From NCBI GenBank assembly GCA_030054035.1, contig JASGCS010000004.1:81076-145075 (forward strand): 64,000 nt of DNA, given 5' to 3'. Under the pieces are notes generated by a model. The model made no database searches, was not told the origin of the DNA, and saw only the letters and a program-made list of their open reading frames with translations. Shown piece after piece: positions 30,443 through 40,404 of the stretch. The translations under genes and the position numbers were made by a program. Origin of the DNA: Candidatus Methylacidiphilales bacterium (GTDB taxonomy: Bacteria; Pseudomonadota; Gammaproteobacteria; JASGCS01). How positions within the stretch are numbered: the stretch's first letter is position 1; the number at the start of each line of letters is the position of its first letter.

Positions 30443-31471
30443 TTAGAAAAATATACAATGCTGGAGATCAAAAGTAAAGCGAAATTGATCATGTATTGAT
30501 AAGTTTATATGACTTCTCGTGTGACATAATAATATTTCACCATTGGGAAGTAAAAGACTATAAGCAAAATAAGGACCTCTAAATTCTTTTTTGATAATAG
30601 GTAAATTATATTCACCGTCTGGTGAATAGCATATATCATCAGGTCTAAGAAAAAGCTTTTTAATATTATTTGGAATAATTTGTGATGTGGTAATTGTAAT
30701 AGTCTCTTGACCAATAAAAATTTGTTGGCCGATTACTTTATTAATGGTAACAAAGCTACCTTCACCTAAAAATGATGCAACAAATTCTGAGGAGGGTTGG
30801 TGATAAAGTCGGTAACAGGTATCCCATTGCAGGAGCTCTCCTTTTCTGATTATTCCACAGTATTCAGTAAATATAAACGCCTCATGCTGATCGTGAGTTA
30901 CCAAAAGTACGCTTACTTTCTTTCTGTCGAGTATTAATGCCATTTCCTTTAAGAGCTGTTCCCGTAGCTCAAAATCAATGTTACTAAATGGCTCATCAAG
31001 AATAAGTAACTCAGGATCATGAGATAAAGCACGCGCGAGAGCAACTCTTTTCTGTTGACCTCCAGAAAGTTGATAAGGAAAGCAATCTTTTTTTGGGCCT
31101 AAGCCTGTCATTTCTAAAAGCTCCTGTACTTTAGCTTTTTGTAGAGTTTCCGATTGGTTTTTAATTGAGAAAGTGATATGTTCTGTAACTGTCAAATGAG
31201 GAAACAGGGCCAAGTCTTGTGGAACCATGCCAATTGAACGTGTGTGAGGCGGTGTTACATAATTATGTGAGTTTACTAGAATACCATTTTGATAAATTTC
31301 ACCTAAACTAGGATTTTCTAACCCGGCAATACAGCGTAGTAATGTTGATTTTCCACATCCACTCGGACCAAGTAAACAGCCTCGTTGATTTTTTTCTAAA
31401 CTAAATGAAATATTATTTAGAATAATCTGGTTGTCTATAGCAAATGATAGATTATTTATTTCTAGAAACAT
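30443..31471 (-). CDS. Fe3+/polyamine-type ABC importer ATP-binding protein (FbpC/PotA-like)
   Basis: Walker A GPSGCGKST, signature LSGGQQKRVALARAL, Walker B LLILDEPFSNID, plus a C-terminal TOBE-like regulatory domain. Confidence 0.85.
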   Translation of the reverse strand: MFLEINNLSFAIDNQIILNNISFSLEKNQRGCLLGPSGCGKSTLLRCIAGLENPSLGEIYQNGILVNSHNYVTPPHTRSIGMVPQDLALFPHLTVTEHITFSIKNQSETLQKAKVQELLEMTGLGPKKDCFPYQLSGGQQKRVALARALSHDPELLILDEPFSNIDFELREQLLKEMALILDRKKVSVLLVTHDQHEAFIFTEYCGIIRKGELLQWDTCYRLYHQPSSEFVASFLGEGSFVTINKVIGQQIFIGQETITITTSQIIPNNIKKLFLRPDDICYSPDGEYNLPIIKKEFRGPYFAYSLLLPNGEILLCHTRSHINLSIHDQFRFTFDLQHCIFF

Positions 31472-33032
31472 ACCTATTGTCTAACGTTAAAAAATTTAAA
31501 ATAAAAACTGAGATAAGTCCAAGGCTGATTAAGGTCAAAGAAAGAGGCGCAGAGTCTATTAATCGTTCGTCGTTTACAAGTTCAAAAACTCGCACTGATA
31601 ACGTATTAATATCTAATGGCCGAAGCATTAATGTTGCAGGTAATTCTTTGATCACTTCTATAAATATCAATATTGCAGTAAAGAAGAGTGGATCTTTAAG
31701 CAGAGGAAAATATAACCCTCTCCATAATGATAACTTACTAGGGTTTAGGATTAAATATTGTTCTTGCATGGATGGTTTAATGTGTTGCATTGATGCCTCA
31801 ATCGATTGATAACTCACAGCAATAAATCGAATTATATATGCATAACACAACATCATCACGCTACCACTAAATGCAAAACCTAACAACCGAATAAATTTAT
31901 CATCAAGCCAGCTTGCGATACCTGAAATTGAAATTGCTACGACTAAACCAGGAAGTGCATAGCCAAATGTTGACAGTGGGTTAATTTGATTTTCAATAAA
32001 CTTTTTTTTCTGCCAAGTTCTGTTTACGAGAATTAATCCTAGACTCATTAGTAGTATCGTGCTAATCAGCGCAATCGCAACGCTGGTAGCGGTTATTTCT
32101 ATCAGTGCGATATATTTATCAAAATTATCAATGTGAGATGACCATTCTAAAAGTTGATATACTGGAATCCCAAAGCCAAGTACCAGCGGCAGACTACAAA
32201 AAAGCACTGCACCTAGATTAGCGAATCCATGCAATGTGGTTCGGTGGTGTTCAGTGTTAGTCCCAATATGGTAATAATTAATTTTCTCCCTTTGTTTTTT
32301 CTCAAGTGAGAGAAGTAGAAGTGAAATGGACACTAAGCAAAGAGAAAGCAACGTTGCAGTATGCACATCATTCATATTATTCCACACTCTAAAAATTCCT
32401 GTAGTAAAAGTCGATAACCCAAATATTTTTGATAAACCAAAATCAGAGAGCACTTCAAGCCCAATTAGTGAACTTCCAATAACCACGGATGGAAAGGCGA
32501 TTTTTAGTGAAATGGTTAAGAATAAAGATAGTTGGGATTGCCCCTGTAATTTTCCAATTTCATAATAACTACGCTGTTGAAGAGAAAAACTATTTAGGCA
32601 AAGCATGTAAAGATACGGATAGAGTGATAGTCCAAAAATAATCCCCACACTACTATATGGATAACTTCGTATTATTGAAAGATTGGGTTGGTTGCTTTCT
32701 AAAAATCCCATAAAACTGTAACCAGTAATATAACTTGGGATAGCAAGAGGGAGTAATAGGGCAAAGCGAAAAAATCGAGCTCCAGTAAACTGGTATTGGG
32801 CTATTAGAAAACCGCAGAGCACTCCTATGGGTACCGCGACTAATAATGCGACAACTAATAAACGAAGAGATCCTCGTATATAATCATCTAGTAAAGTTGA
32901 GGCAACATGGATAGTGTTGTCTAGATCAAAGCCCAACCCTATGGTTACCAATGACACTATTGGTGCAAGAAAAAAAGTTAGAGTAATTATGAATCGTAGT
33001 AATCGCACATTTCCACTATCGCCAACCAGCAT
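31452..33032 (-). CDS. Iron(III) ABC transporter fused two-domain permease (FbpB-like)
   Basis: 526 aa, about 12 TM, with two ABC-TM1 repeats as in FbpB/HitB. Confidence 0.75.
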   Translation of the reverse strand: MLVGDSGNVRLLRFIITLTFFLAPIVSLVTIGLGFDLDNTIHVASTLLDDYIRGSLRLLVVALLVAVPIGVLCGFLIAQYQFTGARFFRFALLLPLAIPSYITGYSFMGFLESNQPNLSIIRSYPYSSVGIIFGLSLYPYLYMLCLNSFSLQQRSYYEIGKLQGQSQLSLFLTISLKIAFPSVVIGSSLIGLEVLSDFGLSKIFGLSTFTTGIFRVWNNMNDVHTATLLSLCLVSISLLLLSLEKKQREKINYYHIGTNTEHHRTTLHGFANLGAVLFCSLPLVLGFGIPVYQLLEWSSHIDNFDKYIALIEITATSVAIALISTILLMSLGLILVNRTWQKKKFIENQINPLSTFGYALPGLVVAISISGIASWLDDKFIRLLGFAFSGSVMMLCYAYIIRFIAVSYQSIEASMQHIKPSMQEQYLILNPSKLSLWRGLYFPLLKDPLFFTAILIFIEVIKELPATLMLRPLDINTLSVRVFELVNDERLIDSAPLSLTLISLGLISVFILNFLTLDNRYVSRNK

Positions 33033-34047
33033 TATCTAGAAGTAATATTGCTTCTGGTATCTGTCTGCCAATTTCTTCTAGTGGTAAGCGATCGTACACA
33101 ATAGGAAAACCTAATTTTTTAACTTCTAAAGAAGGTGGCACATCTTTTCTAACTGGATAGTCGAATATATTCTTAGAGAACCACTGCTGGGTTTTTACCG
33201 AAGTTAGAAAGTTGATTAATTGTAGTGCCTCGGCTTGATTTTTAGACCACTTGCTCATGGTAAGGGCTGCAATATTAATATGCGTTCCTTTTGTTTTAGC
33301 ACCAGGAAACACCACACCAACAGATTTTGCTAGTTCACGATCCTTTTCATCACTTGAAGTGAGCATCAATCCTAAATAATAACTATTAACTAACGCTACG
33401 GAGCAAATTCCATTTGCAACATCTCTAATCTGTGTTCGGTCGTTTCCTTGTGGAGGTCTAGCAAAATTAGCAACAATTTTTGATAACCATGCTTCAGTTT
33501 GTGATTTACCAAAGTGAATGATTCTCGATGCAATTAGGGCGGGGTCGTAACTATTACCTGAAGGCCTTGCACATAATTTTCCTTGAAATTTTTCATCCGC
33601 AAGCGATTCATAAGTCAAGACATTGTTTTTTACAACCTTATTTTTGTTATATACGATCACTCGAGCCCTCACCGCTAGAGCTACCCAATCATTGTCTGGG
33701 CTAATTAAATTAGGGAAAATTGATTTACGTGAAGTTATTTCGGGAATCTTTCCAAGTAGTCCAGCTTGTTTTAATCGAACTATATCGTCAACTCCATTAG
33801 TGATAATGATATCAGCTGGAGTATTTTCCCCCTCATTGATTAATCGTTGTAGAAGCCCAGAACCAGAGGCTACCGTCAGCCGAATTTGTATATTAGATTG
33901 TTTTTGAAATTCTTCAAGTGCTGGTTTGATCAAATCTTCTGCGCGAAATGAGTAAACGGTGATTTCTGAAAAAGCAATTATCGGAAGTGTTGTGAAACAC
34001 AGAAGTAGAATCTGCGCTAACTTTTTTATAGTTATATTTATAATCAT
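33016..34047 (-). CDS. Fe3+ ABC transporter periplasmic substrate-binding protein (FbpA-like)
   Basis: Signal peptide, 343 aa, the SBP_bac_1-like pattern of ferric-binding proteins, and first position in the importer operon. Confidence 0.7.
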   Translation of the reverse strand: MIINITIKKLAQILLLCFTTLPIIAFSEITVYSFRAEDLIKPALEEFQKQSNIQIRLTVASGSGLLQRLINEGENTPADIIITNGVDDIVRLKQAGLLGKIPEITSRKSIFPNLISPDNDWVALAVRARVIVYNKNKVVKNNVLTYESLADEKFQGKLCARPSGNSYDPALIASRIIHFGKSQTEAWLSKIVANFARPPQGNDRTQIRDVANGICSVALVNSYYLGLMLTSSDEKDRELAKSVGVVFPGAKTKGTHINIAALTMSKWSKNQAEALQLINFLTSVKTQQWFSKNIFDYPVRKDVPPSLEVKKLGFPIVYDRLPLEEIGRQIPEAILLLDNAGWR

Positions 34048-34094
34048 CTTTTGTCACTCATGTTAAAATACTATTTATTATACTATATAGATAA

Positions 34095-35015
34095 ATGAGA
34101 TTTGATATTAGAGACGGTTACATCTGGTTAGATGGCGAGTTAGTTACTTGGAAAGATGCCAAGATTCATATACTAACGCATTCGTTACATTATGGGTTAG
34201 CAGTGTTTGAAGGTGTGCGTGCCTATAAAACAAGTTCTGGAACTGCGATATTTAGACGCGATGATCATACTAATAGACTTTTTGCTTCTATGAAAATTAT
34301 GGGGATGAGCTGCGATTATTCTAAAGAGCTGATCAATAATGCGCAAAACATAGTGGTTAAGCAAAATAACCTTTCCAGTGCGTACATTAGACCTATATGT
34401 TTTTATGGCGCTGAAGGTATGGGGCTTAAAGCCAAAGATTTAAAGACCCATTGTGCTATTGCTGCTTGGGAATGGTCAAGTTATCTTGGCGAAGATAATA
34501 TGAAACATGGGATTAGATTAAAAACCTCAAGTTACCGTAGATTGAGTGCGAATAGCAGTCTAAGCAAAGCCAAGGTCAGTGGTAATTATGTTAACTCAAT
34601 TTTAGCTTCTAATGAAGTGGTTGCTGATGGGTATGATGAGGCGCTCTTATTAGATGAAAAAGGCTCGGTTGCTGAAGGGCCAGGGGAAAATATCTTTATG
34701 GTTCGTGATGGTACGCTGTATACTCCGACTTTAGAATTTGCATTAGAAGGTATCACTAGAGACACAATAATTGTGATCGCCAAACAACACAGGATACCAA
34801 TTGTCGAGAGGTCTATTTCTCGAGATGAACTATATTGTGCTGACGAGATTTTTTTAACTGGTACTGCCGCAGAAGTGGTGCCGGTACGATCACTCGATCA
34901 CCGTGTTATTAAAAATGGAGAGGTTGGGCCCATCACTATCCTCATGCAGGAAACCTATCGTAAAATTGTAACAGGAGTAATCACTGAAAAACCAGAATGG
35001 TTATCGTATGTCTGA
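34095..35015 (+). CDS. ilvE: Branched-chain amino acid aminotransferase
   Basis: 306 aa fold-type IV PLP enzyme with HSLHYGLAVFEGVRAYK and a TGTAAEVVPV lysine region. Confidence 0.9.
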   Translation: MRFDIRDGYIWLDGELVTWKDAKIHILTHSLHYGLAVFEGVRAYKTSSGTAIFRRDDHTNRLFASMKIMGMSCDYSKELINNAQNIVVKQNNLSSAYIRPICFYGAEGMGLKAKDLKTHCAIAAWEWSSYLGEDNMKHGIRLKTSSYRRLSANSSLSKAKVSGNYVNSILASNEVVADGYDEALLLDEKGSVAEGPGENIFMVRDGTLYTPTLEFALEGITRDTIIVIAKQHRIPIVERSISRDELYCADEIFLTGTAAEVVPVRSLDHRVIKNGEVGPITILMQETYRKIVTGVITEKPEWLSYV

Positions 35016-35202
35016 AAATAAACAAGCCCCAAATTCCAGAAGCTATGTTTCGGTTTCAATACATGATTTACCTTTACATTGCCCCATGGATCACGAATCA
35101 AATTGGAATTCTCACCCAAGGGTCTATTTGCCAATTGAAGATGAGCCAAACGGAAAGTTAATTTGTCCGTACTGTGGCACTCTATTTGAATTACAAAAAT
35201 AA
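35008..35202 (+). CDS. zf-CHCC zinc-finger small protein (NDUFS6-like)
   Basis: 64 aa with LHCPMDHE...CPYCGTLF, the CHCC zinc-finger arrangement. Overlaps the ilvE 3' end by 8 nt. Confidence 0.55.
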   Translation: MSENKQAPNSRSYVSVSIHDLPLHCPMDHESNWNSHPRVYLPIEDEPNGKLICPYCGTLFELQK

Positions 35203-35203
35203 G

Positions 35204-35887
35204 TTACTGATCAAACGTATACCCAAACCTTCTAATATCTTCTGAAAAATAAGAAGCGACTAAGTCATGAGTGTGGGTGTCGTAATATGTTCTCCAATCT
35301 TTGTGGCGGGTAGTAGCTTTTCGCTTTTCAGGTAGTTTTTTAGTTACTATTCCAAGCTTTGAGCAAACATAATGATAATCTTCTTCAAGATGTTCAAATC
35401 GTCCTATAAAGTCTAACAATACAGTGCCATTTAAATCTTTTACATAGTTAGATTGCAAATCAATCGAAGTGTCAAGATGGTATTGATATGGTCTTGCTTT
35501 GTCAAATTTAAATCGAATAAAATCAGAAAATGTTGAACAGTGGGAGACTAAATGCGGTTGTTCGCGTCTAAGATGATGCCATGAGCTGACTTGGAGATCC
35601 CAAGGATTTCTAACAAAGGCAAATTTAAATAGTGAGCTATAAAGTTCATTTGGCAACATTTCTTTTGCGGCGATAGCATGAGCATGTCTAGGGATTTTTG
35701 TTCCAAGTCTATGTGCAAACAGCGAGCTAATTTTATGGCACAACCAACGAGGGTAATATTCAACATCTTTCCAGAGTAATGACTTTAATGCTGCCCTCAT
35801 ACTTGTTCCTCCAGTTTTTGCGATATGAACATATAAAAATCGGTATTTTTTTGAGTATAACATGTTAATTACCCTCAAGGAGTGCAA
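35204..35887 (-). CDS. Carbohydrate sulfotransferase (Sulfotransfer_2 / NodH-HNK1-like family)
   Basis: 5'-PSB motif HIAKTGGTS and 3'-PB motif FVRNPWDLQVSSW (RxPxxR...S). 227 aa, no TM. Overlaps and is co-directional with the upstream GT1 gene. Confidence 0.65.
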   Translation of the reverse strand: MHSLRVINMLYSKKYRFLYVHIAKTGGTSMRAALKSLLWKDVEYYPRWLCHKISSLFAHRLGTKIPRHAHAIAAKEMLPNELYSSLFKFAFVRNPWDLQVSSWHHLRREQPHLVSHCSTFSDFIRFKFDKARPYQYHLDTSIDLQSNYVKDLNGTVLLDFIGRFEHLEEDYHYVCSKLGIVTKKLPEKRKATTRHKDWRTYYDTHTHDLVASYFSEDIRRFGYTFDQ

Positions 35888-36965
35888 GGTATCGCTTTGC
35901 GCTTTGTAATTGTGTGTATTCTTTTACCGCATCTTGCAGTATGTTTTTTGCTTGAGGTTTTTTTAAAACACCTATAATTGCCTCAGCCATGGCAGACGGA
36001 TTTCCTACTGGGACGAGTGGTGCCACCAACCCACCCTGCAACACTTCTCGTGGCCCAGAAGGGCAGTCGGTACTTACTACTTGAGTGCCAAGTGCCAATG
36101 CTTCAGTAAGTGCATTAGGGGAGCCCTCCCATTTTGAACTTAAAACAAATAATGATGCCTGTGCCAGATATGGATAGGGATTTTGAATAAAACCTACACA
36201 AGACAGCCAGTCTGGTGATACATCCCAATGCATGGTGCGAAACAATTCTGTTGTGGAACCGCCACCAATTATTATTAATCGTATAGGAAAATGATTTCGC
36301 ACAAGTGTACATGCTTGCAGTAATGTACCAAAATCTTTTTCCGGACTCATTCTGCCCATAGCAATAAGTATAGGCCCTGATGGGTCTTTAAAAAAATCAT
36401 GGTTAGTATTTATTTTAGCAAGTTGAAATAATTCTGGAGTAATAACTGGATTAGGAACTGTGTGAATTTTTTTAAGTGGGATGTTATAGCGTTGGTGAAT
36501 GTCTAAAGCAACCCCCTGTGATACTGCGATAATCCCTGTAGCATCATGGTACGTTGAGGGTAGAGCAAAAGTTCTTACCAGAGTTGAGATTTTATTTTTA
36601 TATTGTAAAGACGCCCCAAGCGTTGTCCCCACTCGGATCCAATAGTTTAATTTTTTTTGCGTAACTTTAGTTGCTATCCATAATGCTCGAGCGGCCCTGT
36701 CTTTTGCAACTAAGATATGTGGGGGGGTTTTAGTGGTAAGAAATTTGGCTATTGCCGGAATGGCTACATAGGCGTGGGTGGTGGGAAGTTTAATAATTTC
36801 AACTCTAGAATCAATTGCTGAGAGATGCGGAGAACTATTTTTTATACATAATAATCTAACACTGCGATGCAGTGCGACAAGTCCATTGCAAAGTTGGACG
36901 AGCATTTTTTCTACTCCACCTTGACCAGAAAAGGAGGCGAGGATTGTTATTACTTGTTGATTCAT
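35865..36965 (-). CDS. Glycosyltransferase family 1 (LPS core glycosyltransferase candidate)
   Basis: GT-B fold with a C-terminal EGSPNALTEALALGTQVVSTD (E-x7-E-like) motif. 366 aa. Confidence 0.75.
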   Translation of the reverse strand: MNQQVITILASFSGQGGVEKMLVQLCNGLVALHRSVRLLCIKNSSPHLSAIDSRVEIIKLPTTHAYVAIPAIAKFLTTKTPPHILVAKDRAARALWIATKVTQKKLNYWIRVGTTLGASLQYKNKISTLVRTFALPSTYHDATGIIAVSQGVALDIHQRYNIPLKKIHTVPNPVITPELFQLAKINTNHDFFKDPSGPILIAMGRMSPEKDFGTLLQACTLVRNHFPIRLIIIGGGSTTELFRTMHWDVSPDWLSCVGFIQNPYPYLAQASLFVLSSKWEGSPNALTEALALGTQVVSTDCPSGPREVLQGGLVAPLVPVGNPSAMAEAIIGVLKKPQAKNILQDAVKEYTQLQSAKRYLALLEGN

Positions 36966-36978
36966 TTAAGATAGTAAC

Positions 36979-37977
36979 ATGAAAATTTTAATAATTAGAT
37001 TATCAGCGATAGGAGATCTAGTTTTTACTTCAACTATTTTACCTTACCTTACCGTGCACTATCCCAATGTTCATATTACTTGGCTAGTAAAAAAACAATT
37101 CGCAACAATGGTTTCTGGGTTTGAGGGAGTTAATAAGGTCATATCTTTTGATTCAAATAATCTGTTTTCATCAATTACATTAATCCGCAATGAACAATAT
37201 GATCTCGCATTAGACTTACAGGGGCTATTAAAAACTAGTTTATTATTACTTATTACGCGAGCATATCGTAAAATTGGTTTAGGAAGTAGTGAGGGAGGGC
37301 AGTGGCTAATTCGAGAAGTGATTACCAAAAAATCCCAATGCTATAACAAAGACTCAGATCTGTTTGGGCATGAATATCGAAATCTTGGTTGGTATTTAAC
37401 TGGACAAGAAAAAAGACAAGATCAAGTTAATTATACTTTTTCAAAAGAAATAATAAATAAACGTAAAGAGTTTATCGAAAAGTTACCCCATCGCGAATAC
37501 ATTGTTATATGTCCATTTACTACAAGAATGCAAAAAACCTGGCCTTGGGAAAACTGGAAACGGCTGGTTTTATTGCTTGCTTCTCGCACAGAATATACGA
37601 TTGTGGTCTTGGGTTCTGAGTTTGATAAGTTCCCAATACCTCATGAATTGAAAGATAGCTCAAAATTGATTGTTGCGTGTGGTTTTGGCTCAATTGAATG
37701 GTCGTTTGCTGTTATTCAAGGCGCAAAAGCAGTAGTATCGGTTGATACAGGATTGGGTCACTTCGCTTCACTGATGAATAAACCGACCGTCTTGCTCTTT
37801 GGTTCAACAAGACCTTACCTTAAAACAAGTAATGACAGCTCACGAATACTTTTTAAAAATTTACCATGTTCGCCTTGCCACCGAAGGCCAATCTGTGATG
37901 GTGTTTATCATTGCATGCGCATGAACTCCCCACAAGAAGTTGTAGAGAATTTGATTTCATTAAAGATAATCAAATGA
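36979..37977 (+). CDS. ADP-heptose:LPS heptosyltransferase (glycosyltransferase family 9, WaaC/WaaF-like)
   Basis: MKILIIRLSAIGDLVFTSTIL N-terminus and the GT9 C-terminal DTGLGHFAS motif. Confidence 0.8.
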   Translation: MKILIIRLSAIGDLVFTSTILPYLTVHYPNVHITWLVKKQFATMVSGFEGVNKVISFDSNNLFSSITLIRNEQYDLALDLQGLLKTSLLLLITRAYRKIGLGSSEGGQWLIREVITKKSQCYNKDSDLFGHEYRNLGWYLTGQEKRQDQVNYTFSKEIINKRKEFIEKLPHREYIVICPFTTRMQKTWPWENWKRLVLLLASRTEYTIVVLGSEFDKFPIPHELKDSSKLIVACGFGSIEWSFAVIQGAKAVVSVDTGLGHFASLMNKPTVLLFGSTRPYLKTSNDSSRILFKNLPCSPCHRRPICDGVYHCMRMNSPQEVVENLISLKIIK

Positions 37978-39095
37978 AAAATAAAAAAATAAAAATCGCT
38001 CATATTGAAACTGGCAAGCACTTATATGGTGGTGCCTTGCAAGTATTGTACTTACTCAGTGAGTTAAAAAATAATACTGATTCAGTGTTACTTGCGCCAC
38101 GCACGAGTGCAATTGCTGATGTGGCAATAAAATTAGGGCTAAACTTCTTTCCACTTTCACATTCAGGTGATTTTTCATGGAAAATGTTTCAAGAAATAAA
38201 ATCAATACTTACCTCAGTTAGACCTGATCTCGTCCATGTGCATTCCAGACGAGGTGCTGATTTTTTTGGAGGATTAGCTGCGTGGCATTTAAATATTCCT
38301 GCTCTGTTAACAAGGAGAGTTGATAATATTCCTAGTATAATTTGGACGGTTTATCAGCATCATTTTTATGATGCAGTTATCTGTATATCACCTGCGATAG
38401 CTAAAGTGCTTTCATTAGAGGGTATTGACCAGGATCGATTAACACTAATCTTTGATGGCGTCAATATTAAAAATTGGATTCCATGCCAAGATCAAAGTAC
38501 ACGTGCCCAGCTAAGGTCTGCATTGGGAGTTGCGCCAAATCAAAAGCTTTTTTTAGTAGTAGCACAATTAATTAAGAGAAAAGGGCATCTGGTCTTGCTC
38601 GAGGCCTTAAAAAAACTTCCAGAATCGTTTTCATATAAAGTGCTTTGCTACGGAAAAGGACCAATGCAGGATGAGATTCAAAATACTATCAATTCCTATG
38701 GGTTGTCTGAAAAATGTATCTTAATGGGTTTCACCAATACCCTCAATCAGATTTTGCCAATTGCAGATGCGATAATTCATCCTGCTTTTCGTGAGGGGTT
38801 AGGAGTTAGTCTATTACAAGCTGCTTCTTGCGGGATCCCAATAATCGCATCAAGTGCTGGAGGTATCAAGGATGTGTTCACCCATCAAAAAAATGCATAT
38901 CTAGTTGAGCCTAACCAACCTGAAGCGCTGAGTCTCGGTATTAATTTATTTTTTAACAACAGTGACCTCTTTGATCAGTACGCTATTCAGGCTCGCGAAT
39001 TAATCAGCAAATTATATTCTCATGAACAAATGGCTTTAGAAAATTTTAAACTCTATAGAACAATATTAGAAAAAAGAGCCCGGATAATTATTTAA
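37974..39095 (+). CDS. Glycosyltransferase family 1
   Basis: Start MKNKKIKIAHIE at 37974 overlaps the heptosyltransferase stop (ATGA). GT1 EGLGVSLLQAASCGIPIIAS motif. Confidence 0.75.
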   Translation: MKNKKIKIAHIETGKHLYGGALQVLYLLSELKNNTDSVLLAPRTSAIADVAIKLGLNFFPLSHSGDFSWKMFQEIKSILTSVRPDLVHVHSRRGADFFGGLAAWHLNIPALLTRRVDNIPSIIWTVYQHHFYDAVICISPAIAKVLSLEGIDQDRLTLIFDGVNIKNWIPCQDQSTRAQLRSALGVAPNQKLFLVVAQLIKRKGHLVLLEALKKLPESFSYKVLCYGKGPMQDEIQNTINSYGLSEKCILMGFTNTLNQILPIADAIIHPAFREGLGVSLLQAASCGIPIIASSAGGIKDVFTHQKNAYLVEPNQPEALSLGINLFFNNSDLFDQYAIQARELISKLYSHEQMALENFKLYRTILEKRARIII

Positions 39096-39096
39096 T

Positions 39097-40404
39097 ATGA
39101 CATGCGCGTTAAAAAAATATTTTATTTTAACGCTGTATGAGGGTGTTCAATTGTTGAGTATCCCGATGCTAGTCTTTAGTTGGCTCTATCGCTCATTTGG
39201 AAGAACATACCCCTACTCACATAAAATGCTAGAACGATTCGGTTCTGGCATTTCGTTTTCAGAAAATAAAAAGTTGATTTGGATACATAGCGTTTCTGTG
39301 GGAGAATCAAAAATTGCCCATGGGGTACATGAATCCATCCAAAAATATTTTCCCGCCTATGCCATACATTTGTCCTGCACAACCCCCACGGCACGAGCGC
39401 TCCATGATCAGTTTTCTAGCAATACCCTTAATACTTCTGTCAGTTATTTACCAATTGATGAGTATTGCATTTCGTATCAAACTTTTAAGAGAGCAAATCC
39501 TAAATTATATCTTAGTGTCGAATCTGAGCTCTGGATAAATCATTTTTCTAATTTACGAAATTTAGACATTCCTGTTATTTTAATCAACGCAAGAATGAGT
39601 GCTACAAGCTTTAAACGATGGAAAAAATTCTCAAGCCTTTTTAGCATGATCGCTAATCAAATTACATTAATATGCTGTAGAGGTGAACAGGATTATTTGT
39701 ATTTTTCCATGCTCGGTATGCATGAGTCTAAATTAAAAATTACAGGAAATCTTAAGTATGACACCTATGAAGCCTCAAAAGTTCAAATTTCCAAAGAAAT
39801 TGCGAAGATACAACAAACAAGAATGCCTTGGCTCGGTGCCAGCACCCATGATGGTGAGGAGTTAATTCTCGCACAAACCCACGTAGAGCTTTTAAAAAAA
39901 TACCCGAATGCCTTGTTACTTCTTGCCCCACGACACCCTCATAGAAGTGAAGCAATAAAACAATGCCTTGAACGATTGGGACTTTCAGTCTGTGTTCGAA
40001 GTCGTGGTGAAAATTTAGATAGCTCACATGCAGTATACCTTTGCGATACTTTGGGAGAGTTAGGGATGTGGTATCGAATCTCAAGATTTGCGTTTATAGG
40101 TGGAAGTATGCCTCCTCATGGTGGGGGTGGACATAATCCAATTGAAGCAGTGATTGAGCGTTGCCCTGTCATAACGGGAAATCAGATATGGAATTTTCAA
40201 GAAGAGTACGACTTACTTGCGAAAGCCCGAGGATGTCATATCGTGAATTCTCCTAGTCAATTGACATTTGCTGTGCTATCCTACAGTGCTTCGGAAAGTA
40301 ACTTGGAAAATATTAACCACCATGCTTTCAATATAGTAATGCAACAACGGGGAAGTATTGATAAAATGTGTCATGCGATTGCACCATGGCTTCCTCTAAA
40401 GTAA
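39097..40404 (+). CDS. waaA: 3-deoxy-D-manno-octulosonic acid (Kdo) transferase
   Basis: 435 aa, GT30 N-terminal domain (WIHSVSVGES) and a C-terminal GGSMPPHGGGHNPIEA motif. Confidence 0.85.
   Translation: MTCALKKYFILTLYEGVQLLSIPMLVFSWLYRSFGRTYPYSHKMLERFGSGISFSENKKLIWIHSVSVGESKIAHGVHESIQKYFPAYAIHLSCTTPTARALHDQFSSNTLNTSVSYLPIDEYCISYQTFKRANPKLYLSVESELWINHFSNLRNLDIPVILINARMSATSFKRWKKFSSLFSMIANQITLICCRGEQDYLYFSMLGMHESKLKITGNLKYDTYEASKVQISKEIAKIQQTRMPWLGASTHDGEELILAQTHVELLKKYPNALLLLAPRHPHRSEAIKQCLERLGLSVCVRSRGENLDSSHAVYLCDTLGELGMWYRISRFAFIGGSMPPHGGGGHNPIEAVIERCPVITGNQIWNFQEEYDLLAKARGCHIVNSPSQLTFAVLSYSASESNLENINHHAFNIVMQQRGSIDKMCHAIAPWLPLK

Noticed and set aside
34048-34094. Possible Fur box (GATAAATGAGATTTGATAT) in the divergent fbpA/ilvE intergenic region.
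   Set aside because: Fewer than 12 of 19 positions match the GATAATGATAATCATTATC consensus. The region is AT-rich, so a chance resemblance is likely, and the match is too weak to call.
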